Shown one piece after another: positions 1 through 11,540 of a DNA stretch of 64,000 nt. Position numbers and translations under genes: made by a program. Position 1 is the stretch's first letter. Each line of letters opens with the position of its first letter. The notes beneath the pieces are model-generated. The model had not been told where the DNA came from, searched no databases, and saw only the letters and a list, made by a program, of their open reading frames with translations. This DNA is from an uncultured Chloroflexia bacterium (GTDB lineage Bacteria > Chloroflexota > Limnocylindria > Limnocylindrales > CSP1-4). The stretch lies in NCBI GenBank assembly GCA_963763775.1, contig CAVXPZ010000001.1, positions 768,001-832,000 of the forward strand, written 5' to 3'.

Positions 1-631
1 CAAGTGGGTCGCCGGGCAGCAGAAGTGGACATCGCCCGAGATCAAGCAGGCCTTCGAGGCATTCGGCAACGTCATCGCCAACACCTTCGGCGGCGGCAAG
101 AACGCCAACGCCACCAACTTCGTCGCCTCCGGCGACAAGCTCTTCTCGAACCCGCCTGGCTGCGTCTTCGTCAACCACGGCGACGTTCATCACCGACGCG
201 TTCAAGAAGACCGGTGGGGCGACGGACGGCCAGTTCGACTTCATCCCCTTCCCGACGATCAACCCGGCCTACGCGGGGGCGGTCGAGGGCGCGGGCGACC
301 TGTTCGGCATGTTCAACGACACGCCGCAGGCCAAGTCGCTCATCGCCTACCTCACCACGCCGGAAGCCCAGTCGATCTGGGTCGGTCGAGGCGGCGCGCT
401 GTCGGCCAACAAGCAGGTCACCGAACTACCCGAACGACATCCTGAAGAAGGCCGCGGCGGCACTCGTCGAGCGCGACGACCTTCCGGTTCGACGGCGGCG
501 GACAACATGCCCCAGGCCATGAACGACGCGTTCTTCAAGGCCATCGTCAGCTACGCCCAGGATCCGTCCAAGCTGGACTCGATCCTGGCCAACCTCGATA
601 GCGTCCAGGCGAGCTCCTACACGCCCTGTAG
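1..631 (+). CDS. Sugar (alpha-glucoside-type) ABC transporter substrate-binding protein, 3' part, apparent frameshifts
   Basis: Fragments such as GAGDLFGMFNDTPQAKSLIAYLTTPEAQSIW and FDG..DNMPQAMNDAFFKAIVSY..LD match the C-terminus of AglE-like binding proteins; precedes two permeases; runs off the window start; end approximate. Confidence 0.75.
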
Positions 632-697
632 CCAGCGATCGCCGGCGGGGCGGCATCGGCGCCGTCCTGCCGGCGCCCACCTCGACGCGGAGGCGTG

Positions 698-1676
698 ATG
701 GATACCCGGCTCGTGGCGGCGATCCTCATCGTCGTCGGCCTTCCCGCCCTGTTGATCGGCTACATCCTGCTCATCGAGGCCGCTGCTCCGGCTGCTTCCC
801 GGCCGCTGGCAAGCGGCGGCTCCGGCCGTGGCTCTGGATCGCGCCGGCGCTGTCGTTCCTCGGCTTCTTCCTCGTCTACCCGACGTTCAACACGATCCTG
901 CTCAGCCTGCAGGACAAGTTCTCGAAGACGTTCGTCGGCCTGGCGAACTACCAGCTACTTCTTCAGCAGCCCCGACACGCTCGTCGTCGCTGCGCAACAA
1001 CGTCATCTGGCTGGTCCTGCTGACGGCGCTCGCGGTCGGGCTCGGCCTCCTGATCGCGGTGCTCGTCGACCGGGTCCGCTACGAACCGGCCGCCAAGTCG
1101 GTCATCTTCCTGCCGCTGGCGATCAGCTTCGTCGGCGCCGGGATCATCTGGCGGTTCGTCTACGACTACGCGCCCTCGGGATGAGCCGCAGACCGGTCTC
1201 GCTCAACGCCGCGGTCACGGCGGCCGGGCTCCCGCCGCAGACCTGGCTCCAGGACGCCCCGACCAACACGATCGCCCTGATCATCGTGGCCGTCTGGATC
1301 TGGACCGGCTTCTGCATGGTCATCCTCTCGGCCGCGCTCAAGAGCATCAGCGCGGAGCTGATGGAGGCCGCCCGCGTGGACGGCGCCAACGAGCTGCAGG
1401 TCTTCCGCCGGATCACGTTCCCGCTCCTCCTGCCGGCGATCGCCGTCGTCGCCACGACGATGGTCATCACGGCGCTCAAGGCGTTCGACATCGTCTACGT
1501 CATGACGAGCGGCAACTTCGACACGAACGTGGTCGCGAACCAGATGTACAAGGAGCTGTTCACGAACGGCCAGCCCGGACGCGGCCAGCGCGATCGCCGT
1601 GGTGCTCCTCGTCCTCATCGTCCCGGTGATGTTCATCAACATCCGGCGGTTCCGGCAGCAGGAGGCGATCCGATGA
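698..1676 (+). CDS. Carbohydrate ABC transporter permease (MalF/AglF-like), frameshifted
   Basis: EAA motif ELMEAARVDGANELQVFRRITFPLL, plus KSVIFLPLAISFVGAGIIWRF and KAFDIVYVMT; pieces lie in ORFs 695..1780 and 828..1184; ATGA overlap with next gene. Confidence 0.85.
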
Positions 1677-2593
1677 CCGTCGCAGCCACCACCGACCGCG
1701 ACGTGGCCGCGGCCAAGCCGCGCCGCCGGCCGGCGGAACTGGGGCCGCGCTCCTCCTCCACGCCTCGATCGTCGTGCTGATCATCATCTGGCTGCTGCCG
1801 ACGATCGGGCTGTTCATCAACTCGATTCCGGACGCCGATCGACGTCGCCCGGTACCGGCTGGTGGACGTCGTTCCTGCCGCCGTGGGACTTCACGCTCGA
1901 CAACTACGCTCAGGTCCTCGCCAAGAACGGGATCGGCGCAGGCGTTCGTCAACAGCCTGCTCATCACGATCCCGGCGACGATCATCCCGATCGCGGTCGG
2001 CTCGTTCGCGGCCTACGCCTTCTCGTGGATGACGTTCCCCGGGCGGGACTGGGCTCTTCGTGATCGTCGTGGCGCTGCTGGTCATCCCACTCCAGACGAC
2101 GTTCGTGCCGCTGCTCACGATGCTCGGGCCGAAGGGCATCCACCTCCTTGGCGCCGGCCGGGCGCCTTCGTCGCGGTCTGGCTCGCCCATACCGGGTACG
2201 GTCTGCCGTTCGCGATCTTCCTGATCACGCGGCTACATGCGCGGGCTGCCGCGGGAGGTCTTCGAGTCGGCGGCGATCGACGGGGCGGGCCACGCCTCGA
2301 TGTTCTTCCGGCTCGCGATGCCGATGAGCATCCCGGTGATCGCGGCGCTCGCGATCTTCCAGTTCCTGTTCGTGTGGAACGACCTGCTCGTCGCGCTGAT
2401 GTTCATCGGCGCGCAGAACGCGGCGAACCTCCCGTTGACGATGGCGATCGCGAATCTGTCGACCTCGCTCGGCGGCGACTGGCAACTCCTCATGGCGGCC
2501 GCGTTCATCTCCATGGCGCTGCCGCTGATCGTGTTCTTCGCGCTCCAGCGGTACTTCGTCCGCGGCATCACGGGCGGCGCGGTCAAGGGCTGA
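1673..2593 (+). CDS. Carbohydrate ABC transporter permease (MalG/AglG-like), frameshifted
   Basis: FVNSLLITIPATIIP, LAHTGYGLPFAIF, EAA motif EVFESAAIDGA, FQFLFVWNDLL, C-terminal LQRYFVRGITGGAVKG. Confidence 0.88.
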
Positions 2594-2634
2594 TCGTCAG
2601 AGACGGGTGGGCGACCCGGCAGGCCGCGGCCCGG

Positions 2635-5364
2635 TCAGCGCTCGAGGCGATCCCGCAGGCGCGCGACCTGGTCCGCCAGCTCGGCCTCGCGGGCCCGTGC
2701 GCCGTCCACGACGGCCGGCGGGGCCTTGGAGGTGAAGGCCTCGTTGGCGAGGCGCGCCCGGGCCGCGGTCAGCCAGCCCTCGGCCTCGGCGAGATCGCGC
2801 TCGAGACGCGTCCGCTCGAGGGCGACCGAGTCCTCGCCGGCCTGGGTCGGCCGGATGCGCGCCTCGATGTCCCCGCCCGGGACGATGACCGCGAGGTCGT
2901 CCGCCGCGGCGGCCGCGTGAAGGGCTTCCGACGTCAGCGTGCGCTCGAGCGGCCTGGCGCGCGCGAGCCGCTCGATCCCCGGTCGCAACGCCTCGAACGA
3001 CGGGCCGATGTCGGACGGGACGTAGACGCGGGTCTCCAGCCAGTCGCCCGCCGGCACCTTCGCGGTGGTCCGCGCATTCCGGATCTCGGTGATCAACGCG
3101 ATGACGTCGGCCAGGTCGCGTTCGGCCGCGTCGTCCCGCTCGCCCACCGCGGGCCAGCGCGCCACGATGAGGAGACCCGGGTCGGTCGCACGGTGCGGCA
3201 GCGCGTCCCAGAGGGCCTCGGTGATGAACGGCATCACCGGGTGGAGCAGCCGCAGGTACGTGTCGAGGACCTCGACCATGGTCCACCAGGTCGCCTCGCG
3301 ATCGGCTGCCGGCGTGGCCTCGTCGGAGAGCCGCACCTTGGCGAATTCCACGCCCCAATCGCAGTACTCGTTCCAGATCGCGTCGTACAGGAGTCGCGTG
3401 ACCTCCCCGTAGGCGTGGTCCGCCATGGCGGCGTCCACGGCCGCGGTCGTCGCCGCGGCCCGGGACAGCAGCCATCGGTCGGCCGGTCCGAGATGGGCGC
3501 GGTCCGGCAGCCGTCGCTCAGCGTCGTCGGCGATCGTGTCGGGCCGCGCCCCGACGACGAACCGCGTCGCATTCCAGAGCTTGTTCGCGAAGTTCCGGGC
3601 GTTGTCGAGCTTGGCCGCCCCGAACCGCTGGTCGTTGCCCGGCGTCGTCCCGTGGATGAGCGCGAAGCGCAGCGCGTCGGCGCCCGACTCGTCGATCACG
3701 CCGAGCGGGTCCACGGTGTTGCCCGTGGTCTTGGACATCTTCTTGCCGAACGGATCGCGGATGAGCCCGGACAGGTAGACGGTGTGGAACGGCTCGCGGT
3801 CGGTCAGGTGCAGGCCCAGCATCACCATCCGGGCGACCCAGAAGAAGATGATGTCGTAGCCGGTCTCCATGACCGAGGTCGGGTAGTACGTCGCGAGGTC
3901 CGGCGTCTCGTCCGGCCATCCGAGGGTCGAGAACGGCCAGAGCCCCGAGCTGAACCACGTGTCGAAGATGTCCGGGTCCTGCTGGAGCTCCGATGCCGGT
4001 CGGCCGCAGGCCTCGCACGCGGTCGGGCCGGTCGCCTCAGCCGAGACCGTGACATGCCCGTCGGGGCAATACCACGCGGGGATCCGGTGACCCCACCACA
4101 GCTGACGGCTCACGTTCCAGTCGCGGATGTTCGTCAGCCAGTGCTCCCACGTCTTCTCGAACCGCTCGGGGAGGATCCGGATCCGCCCGGACCGGGTGGC
4201 GTCCAGGGCCCGGGCCGCGAGCGGCGCCGTCCGGATGAACCATTGCGTCTTGAGCCGCGGCTCGACGACGTCGTCGCTGCGCTGGCAGCGCCCGATGACC
4301 ATCTCGTGCGGCGCGCTGCCCACCAGGTCGCCCATCGCCTCGAGGTCCGCGACCATCCGGCGACGGGCCTCGTAGCGATCGAGGCCGTCGTAGACCGTGC
4401 CGGTCCCGGCGATCGTGGCGTCGTCGGCCAGGATCGTGATCGAGGCCAGCCCGTGCCTCCCGCCGGTCGCGTGGTCGTCGTGGTCGTGGGCGGGGGTGAT
4501 CTTGAGCGCGCCGGTGCCGAATGCCCGGTCGACGACCGCGTCCGCGATGATCGGCACGTCGCGATCGACGAACGGGATCCGGACGCGCCGGCCCACGAAG
4601 GCGGCGTAGCGCGGATCCTCGGGGTGGACCGCCACCGCCGTGTCACCGAGGATCGTCTCCGGCCGGGTGGTGGCGACGGTGATCGTCGCGTCGGGATCGG
4701 GCCGGCCGGTCGTCTCGTCGATGAGGTGATAGCGGATCGACCAGATCGTGCCGGTCTCCGGCGTCGCGATGACCTCGAGGTCGCTGACGCTCGTCATGCA
4801 GCCGGGGCACCAGTTGACGAGCGCTTCGGTCCGGAACGCGAGGCCGTCGCGGTACAGCCGCTCGAAGGCGACGCGGACGGCCTTCGCCGACCCGTCGTCC
4901 ATCGTGTAGCGGAGACGGCCCCAGTCGGCGGATGCGCCGACGCGGCGTTGCTGGCCGAGCATCACCGGCTTCGTGGAATCGCTGAAGGCGCGCATCCGCT
5001 CGAGATAGCGCTCGCGTCCCAGCGACGCCCGGCTCTCGCCTTCCCTGGCGAGGATCCCGTCGAGGACGAACTGCGCGGCGATGCTCGCGTGGTCGAGCCC
5101 GGGCAGGAACAGCGTCCGGTGTCCGCGCATCCGGGCGTGCCGGATCATCAGGTCCTCCACCGCGGTCCGCTGCGCGTGGCCGAGGTGGAGCGAGCCGGTC
5201 ACGTTGGGCGGCGGCTGGATGACGGTGAAGCTCGGCAGGGCGGCGTCGGCGGTCGAGCCGGCGCCGTCGGGCGCGAAGACGTCCGCGGCCATCCAGCGCT
5301 CGTAGATCGCGCCTTCGACCTCGCTCGGCGTGTAGGTCTTCTCGAGTATCGCCTTGGGTGCCAT
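2635..5364 (-). CDS. valS: Valine--tRNA ligase
   Basis: PPPNVTGSLHLGHA (HIGH), DWNVSRQLWWGHRIP, DTWFSSGLWPF, KMSKT, C-terminal coiled coil; start taken at MAPKAILEK after GGAG. Confidence 0.98.
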   Translation of the reverse strand: MAPKAILEKTYTPSEVEGAIYERWMAADVFAPDGAGSTADAALPSFTVIQPPPNVTGSLHLGHAQRTAVEDLMIRHARMRGHRTLFLPGLDHASIAAQFVLDGILAREGESRASLGRERYLERMRAFSDSTKPVMLGQQRRVGASADWGRLRYTMDDGSAKAVRVAFERLYRDGLAFRTEALVNWCPGCMTSVSDLEVIATPETGTIWSIRYHLIDETTGRPDPDATITVATTRPETILGDTAVAVHPEDPRYAAFVGRRVRIPFVDRDVPIIADAVVDRAFGTGALKITPAHDHDDHATGGRHGLASITILADDATIAGTGTVYDGLDRYEARRRMVADLEAMGDLVGSAPHEMVIGRCQRSDDVVEPRLKTQWFIRTAPLAARALDATRSGRIRILPERFEKTWEHWLTNIRDWNVSRQLWWGHRIPAWYCPDGHVTVSAEATGPTACEACGRPASELQQDPDIFDTWFSSGLWPFSTLGWPDETPDLATYYPTSVMETGYDIIFFWVARMVMLGLHLTDREPFHTVYLSGLIRDPFGKKMSKTTGNTVDPLGVIDESGADALRFALIHGTTPGNDQRFGAAKLDNARNFANKLWNATRFVVGARPDTIADDAERRLPDRAHLGPADRWLLSRAAATTAAVDAAMADHAYGEVTRLLYDAIWNEYCDWGVEFAKVRLSDEATPAADREATWWTMVEVLDTYLRLLHPVMPFITEALWDALPHRATDPGLLIVARWPAVGERDDAAERDLADVIALITEIRNARTTAKVPAGDWLETRVYVPSDIGPSFEALRPGIERLARARPLERTLTSEALHAAAAADDLAVIVPGGDIEARIRPTQAGEDSVALERTRLERDLAEAEGWLTAARARLANEAFTSKAPPAVVDGARAREAELADQVARLRDRLER

Positions 5365-5385
5365 CGTCGCTCCGCCCCTGGGATG

Positions 5386-5620
5386 CAAAACGCCCGCTCG
5401 TCCAGCGGACGAACGGGTCGTGGTACCACCTGCTGGTTCGGTGCCCGGGTCGGACCGCTCATCGCGGCCGGCGGTTCCTGGCACCCTCTCGACGCGCTAT
5501 CGGGCGTCGACCGTCACGGCTCGCGAGCGACCTTCACGTCAGGGGTTTCCCGTGCGGCTCGCACCGTCCCGCACTCGCTCGGGGGCCCGTCCCGACGCTA
5601 CTCTTCTCGGTCGTCACCGT
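5386..5620 (-). promoter_or_regulatory. T-box riboswitch (Val) upstream of valS
   Basis: Minus strand shows GAGAAGAGTA, GGTGCGAG, candidate specifier GAAG-GTC (Val codon, 5529-5531), T-box AGGTGGTACCACG (5419-5431), then terminator CCCGTTCGTCC-GCT-GGACGAGCGGG-CGTTTT. Confidence 0.9.
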
Positions 5621-5784
5621 GAGGCCGGGAGTGTAGCACGCGGTCTCCAGCCCCCAAGACGGCGATCCAAGCCGGCCGGATGGGATCATCCGTCGAACGA
5701 CCGATGCCCGACGGCCCCCCAGCCGTTACCGTATCGAGCACCAGACTCACGTGAGACCGGTACACGAACAAGGAGGACGGCCAG

Positions 5785-6036
5785 ATGGCGAAGTTCATGG
5801 ACGTGCACGACGGGTTCTTCGGCGTGTCGGCGCAGCAGCTCGCCGAGGCGCATCAGCGCGACCTCGACCTCGAGGGTGACGAGGGCGTCCACTACGAGCA
5901 CGCTTGGCTCGATCCGGAATCGGGCAAGGTCTTCTGCCTGGCGACCGGGCCGTCGAAGGAGGCCGTGATGCGCGTGCACGAGAAGGCCGGGCACCCGACG
6001 CCCCAGGTCTACGAGGTCCCGATCGAGGTCTCCTGA
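5785..6036 (+). CDS. DUF4242 / SCO4226-family small putative nickel-binding protein
   Basis: MAKFMDVH...AEAHQRDL...GKVFCLATGPSKEAVMRVHEKAGHP; strong AGGAGG RBS. Confidence 0.88.
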   Translation: MAKFMDVHDGFFGVSAQQLAEAHQRDLDLEGDEGVHYEHAWLDPESGKVFCLATGPSKEAVMRVHEKAGHPTPQVYEVPIEVS

Positions 6037-6064
6037 CCGATCGGACGACCGGTTCGCCGAGCGG

Positions 6065-7375
<1,311 letters not shown>

Positions 7376-7390
7376 GTGCCCGTCTTGCTC

Positions 7391-8086
7391 CTAGTCCTTC
7401 GACTTCTTCGGCGCCGGCTCGGGCGTCTCCGCGACGGCCGAGCCTTCGCCGCCGGTCAGACCGGCGTCGTGTGCCTGCGCGATGAGCGAACTGCTCTCGA
7501 CCGCGTAGACCGCGTCGATGATGCCATAGTCCTTCGCATCCTCGGGAGACATGAAATGGTCCCGGTCCGTGTCCTTCTCGACCTTGTCGAGCGGCTGACC
7601 GGTGTGACGGGCCAGGATCCCGTTGTTGACCTTGACCAGATGCTCCCACTCGCGCATCTGGATCACGGCGTCGGGCGCATTGCCGCGGAAGCCGCCGGAG
7701 CCCTGGTGGATCATGATCCGGCTGTTCGGCAGCGCGTAGCGCTTGCCCTTCGCCCCGGCGGAGAGCAGCACGGCCGCCATCGATGCGGCGAGGCCGATGC
7801 AGATCGTGCTGACGGGGGCGCGCAGGTACTGCATGGTGTCGTAGATCGCGAGGCCCGACGTGACCTGGCCGCCTGGCGAGTTGATGTACAGGCTGATGTC
7901 CTTCTCCGGGTCCTCGGACTCGAGGAAGAGCAGCTGGGCGATCACGAGGTTCGCGAGGTGGTCCTCGATCGCGTCGCCGAGGAAGATGATCCGCTCGCGC
8001 AGGAGCCGCGAGTAGATGTCGTAGGCGCGTTCGCCACGACTGCTGGACTCGATGACCATCGGGACGAGCATCTTGGGTCTCTCCAT
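7391..8086 (-). CDS. clpP: ATP-dependent Clp protease proteolytic subunit
   Basis: [29 protein letters not shown] (catalytic Ser), RIMIHQ. Confidence 0.98.
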   Translation of the reverse strand: MERPKMLVPMVIESSSRGERAYDIYSRLLRERIIFLGDAIEDHLANLVIAQLLFLESEDPEKDISLYINSPGGQVTSGLAIYDTMQYLRAPVSTICIGLAASMAAVLLSAGAKGKRYALPNSRIMIHQGSGGFRGNAPDAVIQMREWEHLVKVNNGILARHTGQPLDKVEKDTDRDHFMSPEDAKDYGIIDAVYAVESSSLIAQAHDAGLTGGEGSAVAETPEPAPKKSKD

Positions 8087-8111
8087 CGTGTTCGCTGGTC
8101 TGGGGAAGCGG

Positions 8112-9536
8112 TCAGCCCGCGACGGCCGGTTCGTCCTCGAGGATCGAGCCCGGGTCGGTCGCCCCGATCGCCGCGTTGGCCTCCGCGCCGTCCCCGTCGA
8201 TGACCGACGGCTGGGCGTCCTCGAGATGGGGGAGTGGTGGATGCTCGGGGTGGTCGGCCAGCCAGCCGTCGACCAGGGTCTCGACGACGCGGCTGCGACG
8301 GATCGTGCTTCGGATGAACGCTCGACCGCGGTCGGATTCGAAGTAGTCGATGAGCTTCGGGTCGCCCGCGTATCGTTCGCGGCCTCGAGCCACCTCGGCC
8401 TGGATCTCGGCCTCCGGGACCTCGATCCCTTCGGCGTCGGCCACCTTCGAGAGCACGAGCAGGGTCTTGACCCGCTTCTCGGCGCCGGGCCGGAAGTCGG
8501 TGTGGAGATCGGCCTCGGTCTTGTCGACGACCTTGAGGTACGCCTCCTCCGTGATGCCCTGTCGCGCCAGCGAGCCGCGGAACTCGTCGTGCATGACCTC
8601 GACCTCCTGGTCGACCAGGATCTCCGGCAGGTCGAGCGTGGCGTTGGACACGGCGTACTCGATGATCTTGTCGGCGAACTCGTGCCGGGCGCGGTCGATG
8701 GCGTTGCCCTCGAGACGCTGCCGGATGTCGGCCCGGAGTGCCGGGAGGTCGGCGAAATCGCCGAGCTGGTGGATGAACTCGTCGTCGAGGTCCGGCTGGA
8801 CCTTCTCGCGCAACTCCTTGAGGTCGACCGCGAACTGGACCTCCTTGCCGGCGAGTTCCGGCTCCCCGTAGTCGTCGGGGAAGGTGATGTCGAATGCGGT
8901 CGACTCGCCCGGCGTCAACCCCAGGAGGTGGGTCTCGAAGCCGGGGACGAGCCGCTCCTGGCCGAGGATCAGGGGCATGCGCTCGGTCGTGCCGCCCTCG
9001 AAGGGCTCGCCGTCCCGCGTGCCGACGAACGCGATCACGGCGTAATCGCCGTCCTTCGCGCCGCGGTCCTCGACCGCGGCGAGCGTCGCGTTCTGGTCGC
9101 GCAGTTCCTCGACGACCTGGTCGATACGGGCGTCGTCGATCGTCTCGATCTCGGGCGCGAAGTTGAAATGCTTGTAGTCGCCGAGCGTGACCTCGGGCCG
9201 GACCTGGACCGACGCCTTGAAGATCAGCGGCTTGCCTTCCTCGGCCTGGACGACCTCGACGTCAGCGTTCGTGAGCGGGACGATGTCCTTCTCGACGAGC
9301 GCCTCGCGGTACGCCGTTTCGACGAGATGCTCGACGGCATCGTCGAGCACCGCGCCGGGTCCGAGCGCCCGCTCGAGCACGGGGCGCGGCGCCTTCCCGG
9401 GGCGGAACCCGGGCACGCGCGTACGCTTGGACAGGTGCTGCACGGCGTCGCGGATCGCGCGGTCGAGGCGATCTGGCGGGACCTCGATCTCGAGGTCGAG
9501 GGTGGAGTTGGGGCCTGGCGTCGTGGTGATCTGCAT
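8112..9536 (-). CDS. tig: Trigger factor
   Basis: Ribosome-binding signature [14 protein letters not shown] domain (F.GG...LVPGFE, FPDDY); canonical tig-clpP-clpX order. Confidence 0.97.
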   Translation of the reverse strand: MQITTTPGPNSTLDLEIEVPPDRLDRAIRDAVQHLSKRTRVPGFRPGKAPRPVLERALGPGAVLDDAVEHLVETAYREALVEKDIVPLTNADVEVVQAEEGKPLIFKASVQVRPEVTLGDYKHFNFAPEIETIDDARIDQVVEELRDQNATLAAVEDRGAKDGDYAVIAFVGTRDGEPFEGGTTERMPLILGQERLVPGFETHLLGLTPGESTAFDITFPDDYGEPELAGKEVQFAVDLKELREKVQPDLDDEFIHQLGDFADLPALRADIRQRLEGNAIDRARHEFADKIIEYAVSNATLDLPEILVDQEVEVMHDEFRGSLARQGITEEAYLKVVDKTEADLHTDFRPGAEKRVKTLLVLSKVADAEGIEVPEAEIQAEVARGRERYAGDPKLIDYFESDRGRAFIRSTIRRSRVVETLVDGWLADHPEHPPLPHLEDAQPSVIDGDGAEANAAIGATDPGSILEDEPAVAG

Positions 9537-9636
9537 CGCCGGGGCAGTATAGGGCGGAGGCCGGTCCCCGGCCGGACGGGGGGCGTGGCGGCCCGGTCGC
9601 GCGATCAGTCGACCCGCCGGGCGGACCGGTGCGAGG

Positions 9637-9724
9637 TGGTAGGCGAGGTCGGGGTCGAACCGACACGCCGCTCACGCGGCACCGGCTCCTAAGGCCGGCG
9701 CGTCTGCCATTCCGCCACTCGCCC
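9637..9724 (-). tRNA. tRNA-Leu (anticodon TAG)
   Basis: GGGCGAG acceptor stem, TGGCGGAATGGCAGACGC D-arm, CCGGC-CTTAGGA-GCCGG anticodon arm, long variable arm, GGTTCGACCC T-loop, encoded ACCA end. Confidence 0.97.
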
Positions 9725-9764
9725 GCCGCGAGTGTAGCCGGTCCTCCGAGGCGCCCGGTCTGCG

Positions 9765-10346
9765 TCAGACGCCCGTCGGCGGCTCCTCGTCCGGACCGCC
9801 CTTGGCGCCGCGGGCCTTGTCGCGGTCGGCGAGTTGCCGTTCGGCCCGGCCGCGGACATGTTCGAGGCGGTCGGCGAACCCGACCTCGTCCACGCCGAGC
9901 AGCCACTCCCCCGCCCGTTTGCCGGCACGTTCGAGCAGCGGCCGGGCGAGTGACAGCAACAGGATGTTGCGCGTCCCGCTCCGGTCGCGTGCGGCCTGCT
10001 TCGCGTAGCGCGCGAAGTCGCGTTCGATCGTGCCGCGGACCTGGTCGCCGTCGCTGCCGAGCGCCCGCAGGGACTTCTCGATCTCCTCGGGCAGCATCGA
10101 CTTGGGCAGCGGCTTCGTGGGGCCGCGGACGACGCGCTTGCCGGCCCGGAAGAGGCGCTGGGGTCCCTTGAGCGCCACGAACCCGACCCCGCCCGCGACC
10201 GCCGCGGCCTTCGCGGGGCTGCGCTTGACCTTCGCGGGGATGTCGATGGCGGCGCGGGCCGACGCTTCGAGATGCTCGAGCTCGGTCCCGAAGTCGGCTC
10301 GAGCCGCGATCACCCGATCCCGGGCGGCATCCGTCTCTGTAGCCAC
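9765..10346 (-). CDS. Hypothetical protein, DUF3618-like N-terminus
   Basis: GTG start overlapping the upstream holin-like gene; ARDRVIAARADFGTELEHL..AIDIPAKVKRSP pattern typical of partners of Phage_holin_3_6 proteins. Confidence 0.6.
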   Translation of the reverse strand: MATETDAARDRVIAARADFGTELEHLEASARAAIDIPAKVKRSPAKAAAVAGGVGFVALKGPQRLFRAGKRVVRGPTKPLPKSMLPEEIEKSLRALGSDGDQVRGTIERDFARYAKQAARDRSGTRNILLLSLARPLLERAGKRAGEWLLGVDEVGFADRLEHVRGRAERQLADRDKARGAKGGPDEEPPTGV

Positions 10347-11431
10347 TCGAGTGTCTCCTTGCTGGTCTCGATCGTCTGGGTCGGCGTGAATCGGCGCTTG
10401 AGCGCCTCCGTATCGATGCCGGTCCGCGCCACGTCCATCGCCATGGCGACCATCCACACGGCGTACCCGACCGTGATGCCGATGCCGGCGGCGACCTGCG
10501 GGTTGAAGGTGATGGCCGTGAAGGCCCCGAGCGCGGCGCCGAGCAGCGTCAGGCCGAGGACGATGCCCACGCGCGTCCCGGCACTGGCCGGACGGCGTGC
10601 GGCGAGGATGATCCCGGCGATCAGGCCGATGAGGCCGATGAGGACCGCGCCCGCGATGAGCGGCGCCGACGCCGGATCGACGGCCACGCCGGTGGCCTCG
10701 CGGACGGCGGCGTACAGGCGGTTCGGCAGGTTGAACCCCAGGACGAGGCCGACGACCACCCCGGCGACGACGCCGATCGCGAACGCGCGGACGAGGCGGC
10801 GCGCCGAGATCCCCAGGGCGACGAAGACGCAGGTCATCGCGACGGCCAGGCTGGCCTCCATGCCGTTCACGATCCCCCAGCCCATCGACCCCAGGAGCCA
10901 TTCACCGAGGAACAATGAGGTACCGAGGACGAAGAGCGTGACAGCACCGATCGCCAGGACGATCGCGATCGCGACCAGGGCGGCGGCCTGCGCGACCTGA
11001 CCACCGATCTCCGAGGCCTCGGCCTTGGCGAGGTCGATGTGGGCGACCACCAGCCGCACGGCCGCGTCGCGAGTCTTGCCGAACTGCTCGCGGAGGCCGG
11101 GGCGCTTGGACTTGGGACCCTTCGGGCCGCCGCCCCCGGGCGGGGTGCCGGGACGAGCTCCGGGAGGCGGGCCCGGAGGCTCGCCGCTGCCGCTGCCCGC
11201 GCTGCCCGCGCTCCCCGCGCGACCTGGGGGCGTGCCCGAGTCACCGGTGGATGCGCCCGGCGGCGTGCCGGGACTGCCCGACGCGCTCGGCGGCGTGCTC
11301 GGCATGCCTGCGTCGACAGGGCCCTTCGTCGTCGGGTCGGGGTCGGGCGTGGGGTCCGGTCCGGGGACGCCGGCCGCGGGGTCCGGGTTCGGATCGCCGG
11401 GCGGGTTCGGGTCGGGGGTCGGGTCGTCCAG
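10310..11431 (-). CDS. Phage_holin_3_6 (YqjE-like) membrane protein with Pro/Gly-rich N-terminus and extra TM segments
   Basis: RLVVAHIDLAKAEASE...TM...PTQTIETSKETLEWL; frame open upstream of ATG 11305 to a CTG at 11431 preceded by GGAG; start uncertain. Confidence 0.65.
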   Translation of the reverse strand: MDDPTPDPNPPGDPNPDPAAGVPGPDPTPDPDPTTKGPVDAGMPSTPPSASGSPGTPPGASTGDSGTPPGRAGSAGSAGSGSGEPPGPPPGARPGTPPGGGGPKGPKSKRPGLREQFGKTRDAAVRLVVAHIDLAKAEASEIGGQVAQAAALVAIAIVLAIGAVTLFVLGTSLFLGEWLLGSMGWGIVNGMEASLAVAMTCVFVALGISARRLVRAFAIGVVAGVVVGLVLGFNLPNRLYAAVREATGVAVDPASAPLIAGAVLIGLIGLIAGIILAARRPASAGTRVGIVLGLTLLGAALGAFTAITFNPQVAAGIGITVGYAVWMVAMAMDVARTGIDTEALKRRFTPTQTIETSKETLEWLQRRMPPGIG

Positions 11432-11540
11432 GGCGGTGGCTCCGGTGGCGGGCGAGTCTCGCGGGGTTGACTCGATGATAGCAGCGCACCGGTCCCCTTC
11501 CGAGGTCGCACGAAGCGGATGCGTTCGCTACGCTCCCTCG

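Noticed and set aside
1774-5622. 1282-aa plus-strand ORF and other very long ORFs (e.g. 55923..59237, 14362..17106, 17985..20465)
   Set aside because: Antisense shadows of real genes, expected at this GC content; no motifs and Arg/Gly-rich composition
9637-11431. tRNA next to a holin-like gene as a possible prophage or island
   Set aside because: No integrase, att duplication or phage genes; this holin-like family is commonly chromosomal
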